From Nemertoderma westbladi (taxonomy: Eukaryota > Animalia > Xenacoelomorpha): 51,181 bases of DNA. The position numbers and the translations under genes are program-made. Under the pieces are notes generated by a model. The model had not been told where the DNA came from and made no database searches. It saw nothing but the letters and a program-made list of their open reading frames with translations. Numbering within the stretch: position 1 is the stretch's first letter; every line of letters begins with the position of its first letter. This document shows positions 22,716 to 34,548 of this stretch, one piece after another. The DNA lies in contig JAUCBJ010008214.1 in the NCBI GenBank assembly GCA_032718475.1, positions 1 to 51,181 of the forward strand, read 5' to 3'.

Positions 22716-24262
22716 TATGTATGTATGTATGTATGTATGTATTTATTGACACAAATGATTTTAAACAAGTTAATTTGGAACGCACCAAACAAAAACAGAA
22801 TGTTAAGTAATTTATAACATACAGTAACTAAAGGTAGTTTGGTTTAGGTAAAGTTAGTCATAAGAAAGATATAATAAGGTGATCAGATAGAATTGAGTAA
22901 GTTAATGTTAAAGAGATATCAGGGGTCCTAAAAAATATAAGTAGTATAAGTATGCAGGATAAATAAATGAAATGAATGTTAAGAGAAATGTCATGTGTAA
23001 ATTGAGAGTAAATTAATTAAACATAAGGCATGGAAAAAAAAGTAAAGAGGAGAAATTGTACGTTATATGTTATATTCAATATTGTTATGTCTAATATAAG
23101 ACTAAATATACTACTAATACTAATATTGCACTAATATACTGATACAAGAAGCACACTAAATATGTAGATCAATGACACAATAGTTAATATAATAAACAAA
23201 CAAATATATATACATTGATAAATATGTATGTAAGCTAAATGAGCATTCAGGGGTCAACATAAGAGAGCAGATATATATAAGTTACAATGTGTCAAACCAG
23301 ACTATTTAATTTTTGTGATTTTCGTGCCTTCAAAAGTTTGTTAATGAATGTAGGACAACCTGGTTCATCCTGGTGCTTAGTGATACGTCATGGGGGTTTT
23401 GCCCCAAGAATGCACCTCTGATGTTATTATACATGTCGCATTGTAACATAAAGTGATGTTCATCCTCAATACCGCCCCCACATAAGCATAGTCGTTCACT
23501 TAGAGGTATACGGGTGTACCTGCCTTGCTCGATGGCGATGCAATGTGAGGATGTGCGAAGGCGGGCAAATGCATGAATATCCGACTGGCTGTATATTGAG
23601 TCATAGGCTTTTGGGCGTTTAAGGTCAGGGTTTATTTGTAAATATGTTACATATTTTGATCGCCCCGATTCGGCTTTGAAGCAGATTTTCTGGCGAATTA
23701 AATTCAATGCATCACCAATAATGGATTCCGGATTCAAATGCGAGCAATGAGAGAGGTATTTGCTGAGGCCTGGAACTTTCGTTTCACTATTGAAAATCGC
23801 TTCGTACAATGGGCTATATGTTCCTTCCTTTGAAATCTTCTTCATGAAGTTAATTGTGCGCTTTTCAACTATATATTTGAGAGGTGGGCGCCCCAGCTCT
23901 ATATACAGAAATTCAGTTGGTGTACTTGATTTGACACGAAGAATGCATTTTAACAGCTTCCTATATTTGATTTCGAGTGGGTCTAAACAAACACTTCCCC
24001 ATTCTTCACAGTTATATAGGACACCATTCAGCAAGCATGCATCAAGGACAGACTCCTCGATACGAATCGGTGCTTCTGGGTTCTCACGCAGAAAGGCGTA
24101 GAATTTTATGAAATGTTTGTTCGACCGTTTAATATCTTCCATAAACATTCCCTTCAGATTACCACATGATGATATTGATGATCCCAGATATATTTCCATT
24201 TGGGAGAAATTAATCCATTTGTTATTATGCAAAACAATTACAAGTACAGCAGTAGACAGCAT
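22716..24262 (-). mobile_element. 5'-truncated LINE (RTEX-like), RT C-terminal region plus 3' UTR with (CATA)n tail
   Basis: ORF 23330-24262 contains YLG, LYNCEEWG, LYIELGRPPL and RLRTSSHCIAIEQGRY..ERLCLC..IEDEHHFMLQC. A (GTAT)n tract lies at 22716-22742. Confidence 0.8.
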
Positions 24263-25084
24263 AACGAGTCAGATAGTGATCGGACAGATCCCTTTACAGC
24301 ATACCAGTACCGGTACTCAGCCAAGTTAAACCCGTTTAACATGTTTAACATTTTGATACGTTCTGATCGAACATGCTCTGATTCGTCTGAGACTATTTGA
24401 TACGTTCAGATCGAGGAACAGAATACGTGAATGTGGAAACCATTCATCGTTTTCTACGTTTTCCACACCATGACAATTGTGCTTTGACTGGGAAAGTTTT
24501 CTTGTATGGAAAAAGTTCCCGAACCCAAAGATTCTTTCGATGGACCATTTCATGGTGCTAGATTATAAGGGTTAATTGATACATCAAACGTCCTACATAT
24601 AGAGACAATACGCTATGTTTATCTGGATTTGCTGCAAAGGACTCTAGATTGTGCTCCAGGTATGGAATGCACACCGTTTGAGGAAGGGTGGGATTATATT
24701 GAAGGGTGGTAAAGCCAAGTATATACGGTATAGAATGTTGAATATAATTTATATATACATATATATGTATATAATTTATTATTACGTATTAATTCTATTA
24801 ATTGTAGGGCATATCATCACTAACCACTCAGCCCAAGTTTTGGATTCTTTTCATTTGCCAACGCCAACTCGTCGCCTGTCACCTCGATATTATCGAGTTT
24901 CAGTAGTTTGGGCAGAAACCTGAGCACTGTGGACCGGTAGTTATCGTGCCGGCAGCACAGGTTCTCGAACAGCCATAGAGGATCCGCAGCTTCGGGAGTT
25001 TAGCGATGTGGATATAGCATATATTAATATATATATATTATTATCATATAGCATATATATATATATATATATATCATCAATATA

Positions 25085-26292
25085 TTTCAGGAGCTATAAT
25101 ATAGCTCCTGTATTAATGATCCCATTTATGAAAAAAGAAAGACAGGTATCTGGCTGTTATCTTTGTTGACTTCTTCAATGCCTTTGATTCAGCCTCTCGC
25201 TCACGTATATTCAGCATACTTCCATTACATGGGATTCCTGATGAAATTATTGCTGCAATCAGATCAGTATACGATGGTTCGACAACATTTGTGTCTACTG
25301 TTGATGGTGACTCATAACCATTTGAAGTGTTATGGGGCATCCCCCAGGGAGACACACTTGCACCATTCTTGTTCATAATTGTGGTTGACTATGTTCTACG
25401 CATGTCCTTAGATCGTCTTAATGATGGGGTGATGGTAACTCCACCTACTGGCTCCAGAAGTCGATGAAGTCCTGCCAAGTACCTAACTGATCTAGACTTT
25501 GCTGATGACTTACGAGTACTCTCAGAATCACTAGAGGGAGCCCAACGGCTCCTCAGCTCATTAGTACAGGCTGCTTCTAGTGTTGGTCTTTTTATTAACT
25601 ACAAAAAGACTGAAATTTTTTACAGTTAACTTTGAAAGTCCTCAGCAAGTCTCTGATCGGATGAGCATAAACTCAAAGGATGGTATGCTTGATCATGTGG
25701 ACGACTTCTGTTACCTGGGATCATGGATCCGGAAGTCAGGTGAGGACCTTCGAATACGTAAGGGAAAGGCATGGGCAGCCTTGAATAGGCTTTCCAGGAT
25801 TTGGAAGTCACATAGATTTAATCGGAAACTTAAGGTCCGACTATTTAGAGCAGCAGTAGTGCCAGTACTCCTCTAGGGGAGTCTATGCTGGGCTCAAACT
25901 GCCGATGACACCAAACCTCTGGATGTCACATTCACAAGAATGCTACGCCGGGTTCACTGTGTCAAGTACAATGCACACATCTCCAACCAGACACTATATA
26001 ACATTGGAGGTGTCTCATTGGTTCCCCCAAGCTTGACACTAGAACAAAGCCGCCTCCTCTTTGCAGGTCATTTCTTTCGCCCTGAGGACCAGCCAGCGCA
26101 TTATCTTGTGTTTTGACAGCCTCATGGAGTGAATAAGCATGGTGGACAACCCATGACATGCTTGAGACGTATCTTAAAGGACACTGGCCTTGATGATGCG
26201 GATGATATAGCAAATGTCTTGGGTGATAGGGAGTTGTGGCACCGGAATTTTGTCGACAATCCGCCATAGCATTCTTAAAAATGCAGCTGCAA
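25085..26292 (+). mobile_element. Degenerate RTE-clade LINE, RT and 3' end
   Basis: FVDFFNAFDS, GIPQGDTLAPFLF, DLDFADD, DFCYLGSWI and KVRLFRA motifs with stops. Confidence 0.9.
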
Positions 26293-26294
26293 CA

Positions 26295-26430
26295 TTAATT
26301 TCTTTTCAGCAAAACATAATTTTTTTTAGCAAAATATTGATTTTTTTAGCAAAATATTAATTTTTTAAGCAAAATATTGACTTATTTTAGAAAATATTAT
26401 TTTTTTTAGCAAAATATTAATTTTTTAATG
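26295..26430. repeat. ~20-bp TTTTTTAGCAAAATATTAA tandem repeat (second copy at 34285-34420)
   Basis: About six units, the reverse complement of the array at 17130-17673. Confidence 0.85.
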
Positions 26431-26558
26431 TTTGAAATTAAAATCGCGTTATACAGTAGTATTTAGCTATATTGAAAATCTATTTGTTTTACAGCTGATG
26501 CTTAATCATTGCCCACTACTACTAAACCATAATAATATTGTAGTGTAGCGATTATCGA

Positions 26559-28409
26559 ATGGAAACAACATGCACTGTCTGTAATGACTTAACCTCAAAT
26601 CGCTGCAAACAATGCAAAAACGTATGGTACTGCAGTCGATCTTGTCAAAAGTCAGATTGGAAAAGGCACAAACAAATGTGCAAAATAAGGGGAGATGTGT
26701 TAGCAGAGAGCAGCACAGATGATAATACTGTTGTTGGTGGTAGTTCCAGAGATGGTGTTGGTGTTGGTGCTGGTACCAATGCTGGTTCCAATGCTGGTGT
26801 TGGTGCTAGTTCCAGTGCTGGTGTTGGTGCTGTGATGAAAAAACCCGATAGGTCATCAATAGGGAGTAATGCAATTCGTATTGGAGGTAAAAAACCTCAA
26901 TATCACAAGGAATATCAGAGTAAATACCCCAAGGATACCTTTGGATATTTTATGTTGTCAGTTCAATGGCAAACAGAATTACTTGGTAAAATGAGTGAAT
27001 CAAACATTTATGAAGCTTTGAAGCAATACGGGCCCATGTCCGAATTACTTGCAAAGCGGTGGAATAATACACCGCCGGCAGAAATATCGCGCTTTCTGCA
27101 AGACAAATCCCGAAAGCTCGGGGATATTTTCTATGAACGAACCTTATTGCCAAATATGTATGGTTCACCAGTACCGCAGATTGTACAGGTCTACAATACC
27201 ATGACTAATCACCCTACAACGAGGACTGTCATTAAAAAAGGCAAAACCTATGTTGGCGTAGGTTTTGTTGATTTACATCAGTTGGTAAACGCTGAATTCA
27301 TAGACCACGATGCCGAAGATAAATGGAAACCTACTAAATTTGTTGGATTGGAAATGTCAGAATTTGCTGTAGCTAGAGCAATTATTGTTGAGGAAATGTT
27401 ATGGACTAATTGCTCACCAACCTCCATACTGCAGGTGTGGTACTCATCTTCGTGGAGTCAGAAAACAAACAAATTATTCATGTCTGCTTGCACATCGTTA
27501 CTCGACAAAGATATTGGTATTGATCTTAAGGTTAGACAACTTATAAACTGGTGGAGAAAGGAAAGTGAATCTAAAAGTTCTAAACCAGCTTGGGATGCGA
27601 ACTTATTTCAGGGTGAACAGATGTCCCGTTTGTGTAACTTACGCTATCAAATAGACCGAATGGATTACGCTCGGTATCTGCAAACGGGTTACCTCTTTGG
27701 ATCAACCGAGGCAGAGTTCAAACATGGGAATGTCACCATGTATGAACGACGTGGTCACCATAAAACTCCTGAAGATTTCTTCGATATCGTTTCATCTTCA
27801 ATTTCACATGATGGCATATCAATTATGTCTTCAGTCACATCTTATATGACATCGCAAATACAAACCCTTGTACAGTTAGTCACTTCTAAAGACCTTCACG
27901 TGAAATTCCGTGTTGCTAAGTTGGATGTATCTAACAGAGCAATTTTATCCGAAATTCGAGATTTAAATCCTTACAGCATTGATTGGTCTAATGTCCCTGA
28001 ATACATGCCAAGGGATTACTTTCTTACAATGGCTAGAGCTTGCAGTGTTGGCGGAACATCTCACACAGTACACTTCATGAACTGGCCAACGGTTGTCTAC
28101 GGTACGTCTTTGTTAGATTATGAGAACAAACAGCAAATTTTCAATGAAATAAAGACTGAGTGGAATGATGGTTTTAAAAGACGAGATATCCCAGCAAAGA
28201 TTCCGTATATCTGCAGAGATGGTGTGAGAGTAAATTTGATGAACAAGTCTGAGGCAATTTTGGCAGTCCGTTATTATAGAAATTTCGCAACCTATATATT
28301 TGATGAGAATGTTGATCATTTCGCGGTAACTAATGATCCAGCGACAGATATTTACAACCCATTCTTGAGAACGGCTTCTCCAGTGTTATTTTGCACCTTT
28401 AACTTTTGA
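26559..28409 (+). CDS. zf-MYND domain protein with uncharacterised, probably SAM-binding-fold C-terminal domain (616 aa), copy 1
   Basis: CTVC..RCKQCKNVWYCSRSCQKSDWKRHKQMC is a MYND finger, followed by a Gly/Ala/Ser linker, VGVGFVDL, FVGLE and IDWSNVPEY. Single uninterrupted ORF. Confidence 0.9.
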   Translation: METTCTVCNDLTSNRCKQCKNVWYCSRSCQKSDWKRHKQMCKIRGDVLAESSTDDNTVVGGSSRDGVGVGAGTNAGSNAGVGASSSAGVGAVMKKPDRSSIGSNAIRIGGKKPQYHKEYQSKYPKDTFGYFMLSVQWQTELLGKMSESNIYEALKQYGPMSELLAKRWNNTPPAEISRFLQDKSRKLGDIFYERTLLPNMYGSPVPQIVQVYNTMTNHPTTRTVIKKGKTYVGVGFVDLHQLVNAEFIDHDAEDKWKPTKFVGLEMSEFAVARAIIVEEMLWTNCSPTSILQVWYSSSWSQKTNKLFMSACTSLLDKDIGIDLKVRQLINWWRKESESKSSKPAWDANLFQGEQMSRLCNLRYQIDRMDYARYLQTGYLFGSTEAEFKHGNVTMYERRGHHKTPEDFFDIVSSSISHDGISIMSSVTSYMTSQIQTLVQLVTSKDLHVKFRVAKLDVSNRAILSEIRDLNPYSIDWSNVPEYMPRDYFLTMARACSVGGTSHTVHFMNWPTVVYGTSLLDYENKQQIFNEIKTEWNDGFKRRDIPAKIPYICRDGVRVNLMNKSEAILAVRYYRNFATYIFDENVDHFAVTNDPATDIYNPFLRTASPVLFCTFNF

Positions 28410-28504
28410 TATTCAAAATCTGTGTGTTGAATGATCAATACCTCATTTGTAATATATACAACCAGACAACTACAAGGATTACTATTACATATATATTAAC
28501 TTAT

Positions 28505-29286
28505 TCTCTATATAAAGCTCAAATTGTGTATGTATGTTTGTTTGTTCATCTATCTCCTCCTATTCTTCTGGCTCTCGCGATATGGGGAAAGTACCTTTTG
28601 ATTCAGCGTGGTCCGGGGTTCTGTATATAGTAATTTTCACCGATATGCAGTGAATATTTACGGTACATTTATAGTACTTTGTCAGTATTTATTGCAATTC
28701 GATTAGTGTATTTTTGATTCTATGAGACGAACACAGTTAATAAAAGGTCAAACCCATATCTCATTATTGAATGTTTGAAACTCGGAACATAGTAATCTCT
28801 ATATTAATACCTAGCTGATTGTTGTATACTGATTATTGTATAGTAGTGTTGAAGTTGTTGTGTAGTTGTTGTGGGTAATACTCATATAATAATGTTCAAA
28901 ATCAATCAGCTGCCTAATAAGGGCCAATAGACTGACAATTTATATGACTAATATATATAAACAGACAATACTGTGTGGTAGCTAAATTCAATTTGGATGC
29001 GACAGTCGAGGGAACATATTTCCATAATATAAGGTCAATATGGAGAGTACCCACCATATTATAGAATAAATTAATATAATAAGCTTCAGTGAAACTAAGC
29101 GAATGAGGACAAATATATTTTAAAATTAATTAATGTTGGTGAAGCACATCATCATCATCTGCAGGTTGACAATCCAATTAATGACAATTCGGTATTATTT
29201 GTTTTGGTTTTTTATTAACAAAAGGAACTACATCCAAATTCATTATTAACTTGTGCGGCACGCGAAGCGCGCCTCTGGCTTGCTAG
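28505..29286 (+). mobile_element. Non-autonomous Helitron-like element
   Basis: 5' TCTCTATATAAAG plus a (TGTA/TGTT)n tract. 3' hairpin GGCACGC-GAA-GCGCGCC (29257-29273), 9 nt, then CTAG followed by T. Confidence 0.65.
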
Positions 29287-30289
29287 TCACTAATAAAATA
29301 ATAATTATTCAGTAGTTGTACTGCTGATTAATTTAATATACCTAATTTAAAATACCACTGCCTTCGTGGCTCCAGGGTAAAGTGGAGAAGCAGCCAGGCC
29401 TTCGAGAACGGTACACGCACCACATAAGTATGTAAGTGCTAACGCGGGATTTCCTTGGTAAAGTGGCACCATACCAGTGATTTCTGACAAGTAATATCTC
29501 AGTAACAGACTTTAGAAACATTTAGCAACACCAATTCGCACCACCCGCAAGAGGGCTCAAGAGTTCTAAAGTGCTACCTTACTAAAAACACCAATAACAA
29601 TAGTAATATTAGCAAAGTTAGGAGTTCAAAGTGATGGTATCTGTAAATCTTGAAAGATAATGATAAAAAAGGTGTTTTTGTGTTGAATATGGCAAGACCC
29701 CACACATCATTAAGGGCTAATTCATTATTCGTTCTTTGGGATGTATGTGAAAGGATATTGAATTATAGTATAATAGGCCTAAATATTTAATCATTTTGTT
29801 TCAAAAATACCAAGGATACAATTACAGAATAAAGGTTTTCTAATGTTTCTTATACTGTAGTGTTATTGATTGCTTGAAAATCATGATGTTCAGAATAAAT
29901 TTAAATTACATTATTTGAACGTTTCAAATTGGTTGGTAACATTATTTTAACGTTTCAAATTGGTTGTAATCTGAATCCATCGGTGGGTGGTGGGGGTGGG
30001 GGATGTACAGTGTACGTACACACCAAATTTTATACTACCAAGTTTTTGCTAATTTCATTTGTGAAAATGTTCTCAAACATAAAATATATTCAATTAAAAT
30101 ATATTATAACGTTCTATATTTTTCGTTTACATAATAAAATAGAGAATCTTAAAAAAATGTTCTCTATTAAAAAAAAAAAATTTCTGCATTTCCAATCGCT
30201 AATTTCTCAGGCTACCAAAGGGGGTCAGAACCTTGATGCGCATATAAGACAATGAATGCTTGTATTTATGGACGTATGTTACTATAATT

Positions 30290-30548
30290 GTCGCAGTGTC
30301 CGAGTGGATACGGCGCCTGAACTGCTTACACAATAGTGTTTGGTGGTGCAGGTTCGAATCCGACTAAAGGCTGTAGAAATTTCGCACTGGTGTGTCCCTA
30401 GGCAAGACACTTTAGACATTAGTGCCTACGTCAACCCAGCGGTATAATGGGAACCTGGCTTTGCTGGGGTAATGATAATAAAAGCGCTTTGAGTATGCTG
30501 AGCGTAGAAAAGCGCTATATAAATAACCAATATTATTATTATTATTAT
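30290..30548 (+). mobile_element. tRNA-derived SINE with L2-type 3' tail
   Basis: A box TGTCCGAGTGG, B box GGTTCGAATCC, central GTGTCCCTAGGCAAGACACTT (CORE/Meta-like), and tail AAAGCGCTTTGAG...AAAAGCGCTATATAAAT plus (ATT)n. Confidence 0.85.
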
Positions 30549-31061
30549 TTACAATATGATTTCTGCTGACTGGAATTATTTAATTCAGAAACACATTGTC
30601 ATCTATATTGTTATCTATGGTTGATTAAAAAGCAATAAACACACATATAAACACAATAAGCATAAACCATACAGTATAATAAAAATTTTAAAAAATTTGT
30701 TCTAGAATGTTTAGAATTGTTTGTTCAAAATGTCTTGTTCAAAACTCTTCGAACACCCATATCTCATCAACTATGTCTACACGAAATTAACGTTATCCCT
30801 CGCTATTTGGAAACCTGGTAACGTCACATTTCCGTCGGTAGGCCTTCCGTAGAAACCTCTATAAGGTCATGGAGTTGTGCCGCTAGTGAAATATCGGCGG
30901 AGACACACGTCTCCATTTCAAAACATTTCAAAATCTATTTCAAATGCTTGTAGCTAAAGTTCGAAAGCGAAAATATAAATTATAACTCGCATACACTTAA
31001 GTCGGGAGTTTAAACTATCTCTTTGAAGGGAATTTGGGGTGGAGGGGGTGCCTGAATTAAG

Positions 31062-31390
31062 ACTACTATTAGGATCGGCATGCTGCATTGCATGCAGCTA
31101 TAATTGTAGCTGCATTTTTATGAATGCTGTGCTTGCTTGACGACAAAATTGCGCCGCCACAACTCCCTATCACCCATGACATTTGCTAGACCATCCGCAT
31201 CTACAAGGCCAGTGTCCTTTAAGATGCGTCTCAAGAAAGTCATGGGCTGTCCACCATGCTTATTCACTCCATGAGGCTGCCAAAGCACAAGATTATGCAC
31301 TGGCTGGTCCATACGGCGAAAGCAATGTCCCGCAAAGCGGAGGCGGGTCTGTTCTAGTATTAAGCCTGGGGGAACCAATGGGACACCTCA
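31062..31390 (-). mobile_element. 5'-truncated RTE LINE 3' end
   Basis: RLRFAGHCFRR...DRELWR, homologous to 26005-26292 and 50805-51005. Confidence 0.85.
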
Positions 31391-31501
31391 ATGTTATACC
31401 GAAACCTAGCGGGGGGGGGTGGGGCGTTCCCCGGGAAGTACAGTAGCTCGCATTCTACTTCCATTAAATAAATGTATTATAAGGACTCTCTATCATACTG
31501 T

Positions 31502-31900
31502 GGGGCGAGCCACGAAGTGAGTGAGCCTTAGCGTAGTGGTACCATTAATCAACCTGTCGTTCTGTCGTTCTGTCGTTCTGTCGTTCTGTCGTTCTGTCGT
31601 GTTCAATTTTAAACGTTAATAACTCGGCCAATCTTTGATGAAATCTATCCAAACTTGGTACACATGTTGTTTGGCAAAAGTTTAGAAATTTTCCAAGTAG
31701 AATTTCCGTGTGGCCTTCGAGAAGCTAAGATAATAGCAGTTAATTAGTTAATTAAGTTGATTGCGGTGAAAACGCCATTTTCAACCTGCCTTTTAATGGA
31801 AATTAATTGTTTTACAGTATAAGATTTAAATAATTATACTTAAAAATTATACAGATATAATCCCCATACGCCATTCTATTATAGTTTTTAATTAGTTTAA
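31502..31900 (+). mobile_element. Helentron/DINE-1-like non-autonomous element, 5' part, with (TCTGTCGT)n microsatellite
   Basis: GAA-loop hairpin CACGAAGTG, about six copies of an 8-bp unit at 31554-31600, then ...TTGATGAAAT...AAACTTGGTACAC. Extent uncertain. Confidence 0.45.
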
Positions 31901-33071
31901 GTGATTTGCTTTAATAAATGTGTCTTTAATTGATCTAAACGTAATTAAACCGCACAATTATTGAGTACAAATTTAATCCTTCCCATTATTGGTCAAGTCT
32001 CTGCTGGTGTGGAGCTAGCTGCTGGGAGTTGTGGCTGTAGACTAACCTGAGAGGAATTGTAATAGAGGCAACCAGTATTGCTATTCCAGCCCAATCACTG
32101 AATTGTGTTTATTATAGGCTGGACGGGCCGCATAACCGTTCGACTATTACTACTATTGCTATCTCAGTTAAGTGACAGATATAATAACATAAATACAATC
32201 CATGGCATTGCTGTTGTAGGCTTCTGAAATAGTTTATTCCACAATGTATATGTCTGGTTATTTTTTAATTGAATTTTTGCAAAGTAGTAAAATTAATGTT
32301 CTTAAAAATAATATTATTATTTTATATGTAACCTAGGAAATTAGCTACATTTTTTCGCTGCAGCTTTAAGAGTGTACATTGATTTAATATTATTTCAATA
32401 CCCATATTACTACATCGGCATAAGATGCGTTGGCGTTGTATCACACATCTCCACATATCACACATCTCCACATAGATGTATCAACAGTTACTCGCACAGT
32501 TTCGAAACTTCGCATAGTTATAACTGTATAAAGATCGTCAGTCTGCGTTTAGGAAAAATATTTTATGACAAAACAGGACAAGCGACGAGCGCAACGAGGC
32601 ATATAATGAAGACGAGTACTGCGTTGACTAAATTATTATATAAACCACCTGGCTTCACATATTGATCGCATCCCTAGTTATTATTATTATAAAGATCGTC
32701 CTAGCTTGCGTTTAAGAAATATATTTAAATACAAAACAGGACGAACGCAAAGAGGCTTATAATGAAAACGAGTACTGCGTTTATTATATTCCTATAAACC
32801 ACCTGGCTTTGCATATTTAACGTGCGATTGGAAATAAGTTCGTGCTACCCTTCCGTGGGTGGTAGATGTCGCGGTTATGTATTGGTGGTTGGGAAGGGTG
32901 GGGGGGGGGGGGGGGGAGATTAAAAGGGGTGAACACGTACTGTCCACCTTTCTTTGATTGATTGGTGGTGTGGGTAAATTTCTCAAAACCTGATTTTGTG
33001 ATACAGTCGCTGCATTTTAATTTGTATATAATAACTAGGCCTCGTGCTGCGCGAAGTCCCCACGAACGTGT

Positions 33072-33713
33072 ACTAGGCCTAGTTGTACTGTACGGGCCTA
33101 TATTGATATAGTTATAAACTATTAGATATATATTTAAGAAAAAACGTGAAACTTTCAGTTAAACTGTGTGTACTGTAACTTATAGAGATATATAGAGGCT
33201 TATATCGTAGTCAAATTAATATTGAAATTAAAAATATCATTGGGATAAGAATACACTGAGGGGTTAAATTTTACTTAATTATATTATATTATATTATTTC
33301 GCTCGGCCAATGGTTAAAATTGCACAATATGCACAAATTAAAAATTACAAGTAGTATGAGGGAGAAGACCAACTAGGCTACAATCAGCACTTACAGGAGG
33401 CTCGAAAATATTGTACGCGAGGCGTTCAACACATAAATAAGGTTTTCCAAGTTAAAAAGTATATTGAAGTAAAAAGAGTAAATAAATAATTTAAATAAAA
33501 ATGTACCTAAAAGAAATTACATAAATCTGTTAAAGTTGCACCATTTTAATAGGTCAAATTCACGTAATTTATTTGTAAAAGTTGCTAATGTACGGGCCTC
33601 AACAATATTTACAGGTAATGAATTCCATATGGGCACCACACGGTTTGAAAAAGAATACTTTGTTATTTGAAGTCTAGAGTAGTTTGTAAACAGTTTATGG
33701 CTGTGACCTCTAA
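33072..33713 (-). mobile_element. Duplicated 3' end and flank of the CR1 LINE
   Basis: Matches 39491-40132 and encodes RGHSHKL...FSNRVVPIWNSLP. Confidence 0.9.
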
Positions 33714-34548
33714 TGGATCCGGAAGTCAGGTGAGGACCTTCGAATACGTAAGGGAAAGGCATGGGCAGCCTTGAATAGGCTTTCCAGGATTTGGAAGTCA
33801 CATAGATTTAATCGGAAACTTAAGGTCCGACTATTTAGAGCAGCAGTAGTGCCAGTACTCCTCTAGGGGAGTCTATGCTGGGCTCAAACTGCCGATGACA
33901 CCAAACCTCTGGATGTCACATTCACAAGAATGCTACGCCGGGTTCACTGTGTCAAGTACAATGCACACATCTCCAACCAGACACTATATAACATTGGAGG
34001 TGTCTCATTGGTTCCCCCAAGCTTGACACTAGAACAAAGCCGCCTCCTCTTTGCAGGTCATTTCTTTCGCCCTGAGGACCAGCCAGCGCATTATCTTGTG
34101 TTTTGACAGCCTCATGGAGTGAATAAGCATGGTGGACAACCCATGACATGCTTGAGACGTATCTTAAAGGACACTGGCCTTGATGATGCGGATGATATAG
34201 CAAATGTCTTGGGTGATAGGGAGTTGTGGCACCGGAATTTTGTCGACAATCCGCCATAGCATTCTTAAAAATGCAGCTGCAACATTAATTTCTTTTCAGC
34301 AAAACATAATTTTTTTTAGCAAAATATTGATTTTTTTAGCAAAATATTAATTTTTTAAGCAAAATATTGACTTATTTTAGAAAATATTATTTTTTTTAGC
34401 AAAATATTAATTTTTTAATGTTTGAAATTAAAATCGCGTTATACAGTAGTATTTAGCTATATTGAAAATCTATTTGTTTTACAGCTGATGCTTAATCATT
34501 GCCCACTACTACTAAACCATAATAATATTGTAGTGTAGCGATTATCGA

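Larger units (their letters stand above)
25723..33712. repeat. Tandem segmental duplication, unit A (7990 bp)
   Basis: Matches 33713 onward at offset 7990 wherever compared. Carries 1571 bp (31502-33071) that unit B lacks. Confidence 0.95.

Noticed and set aside
29929-30255. 108-aa ORF duplicated at 37919-38245, and other short AT-rich ORFs
   Set aside because: Low-complexity composition and no motifs. Identity between copies only reflects the recent duplication.
30290-30372. Functional tRNA gene (also at 38280)
   Set aside because: A and B boxes are present but there is no convincing cloverleaf, and the sequence continues into a SINE body and (ATT)n tail.
26005-31390. Composite transposon with inverted RTE-derived ends around the MYND gene
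   Set aside because: The two RTE pieces are clearly diverged, differ in length and show no shared TSD. Independent insertions of a common family explain them.
33517-33801. Novel 94-aa chimeric gene
   Set aside because: It is antisense RTE sequence joined to the CR1 C-terminus at the duplication junction, with no sign of function.
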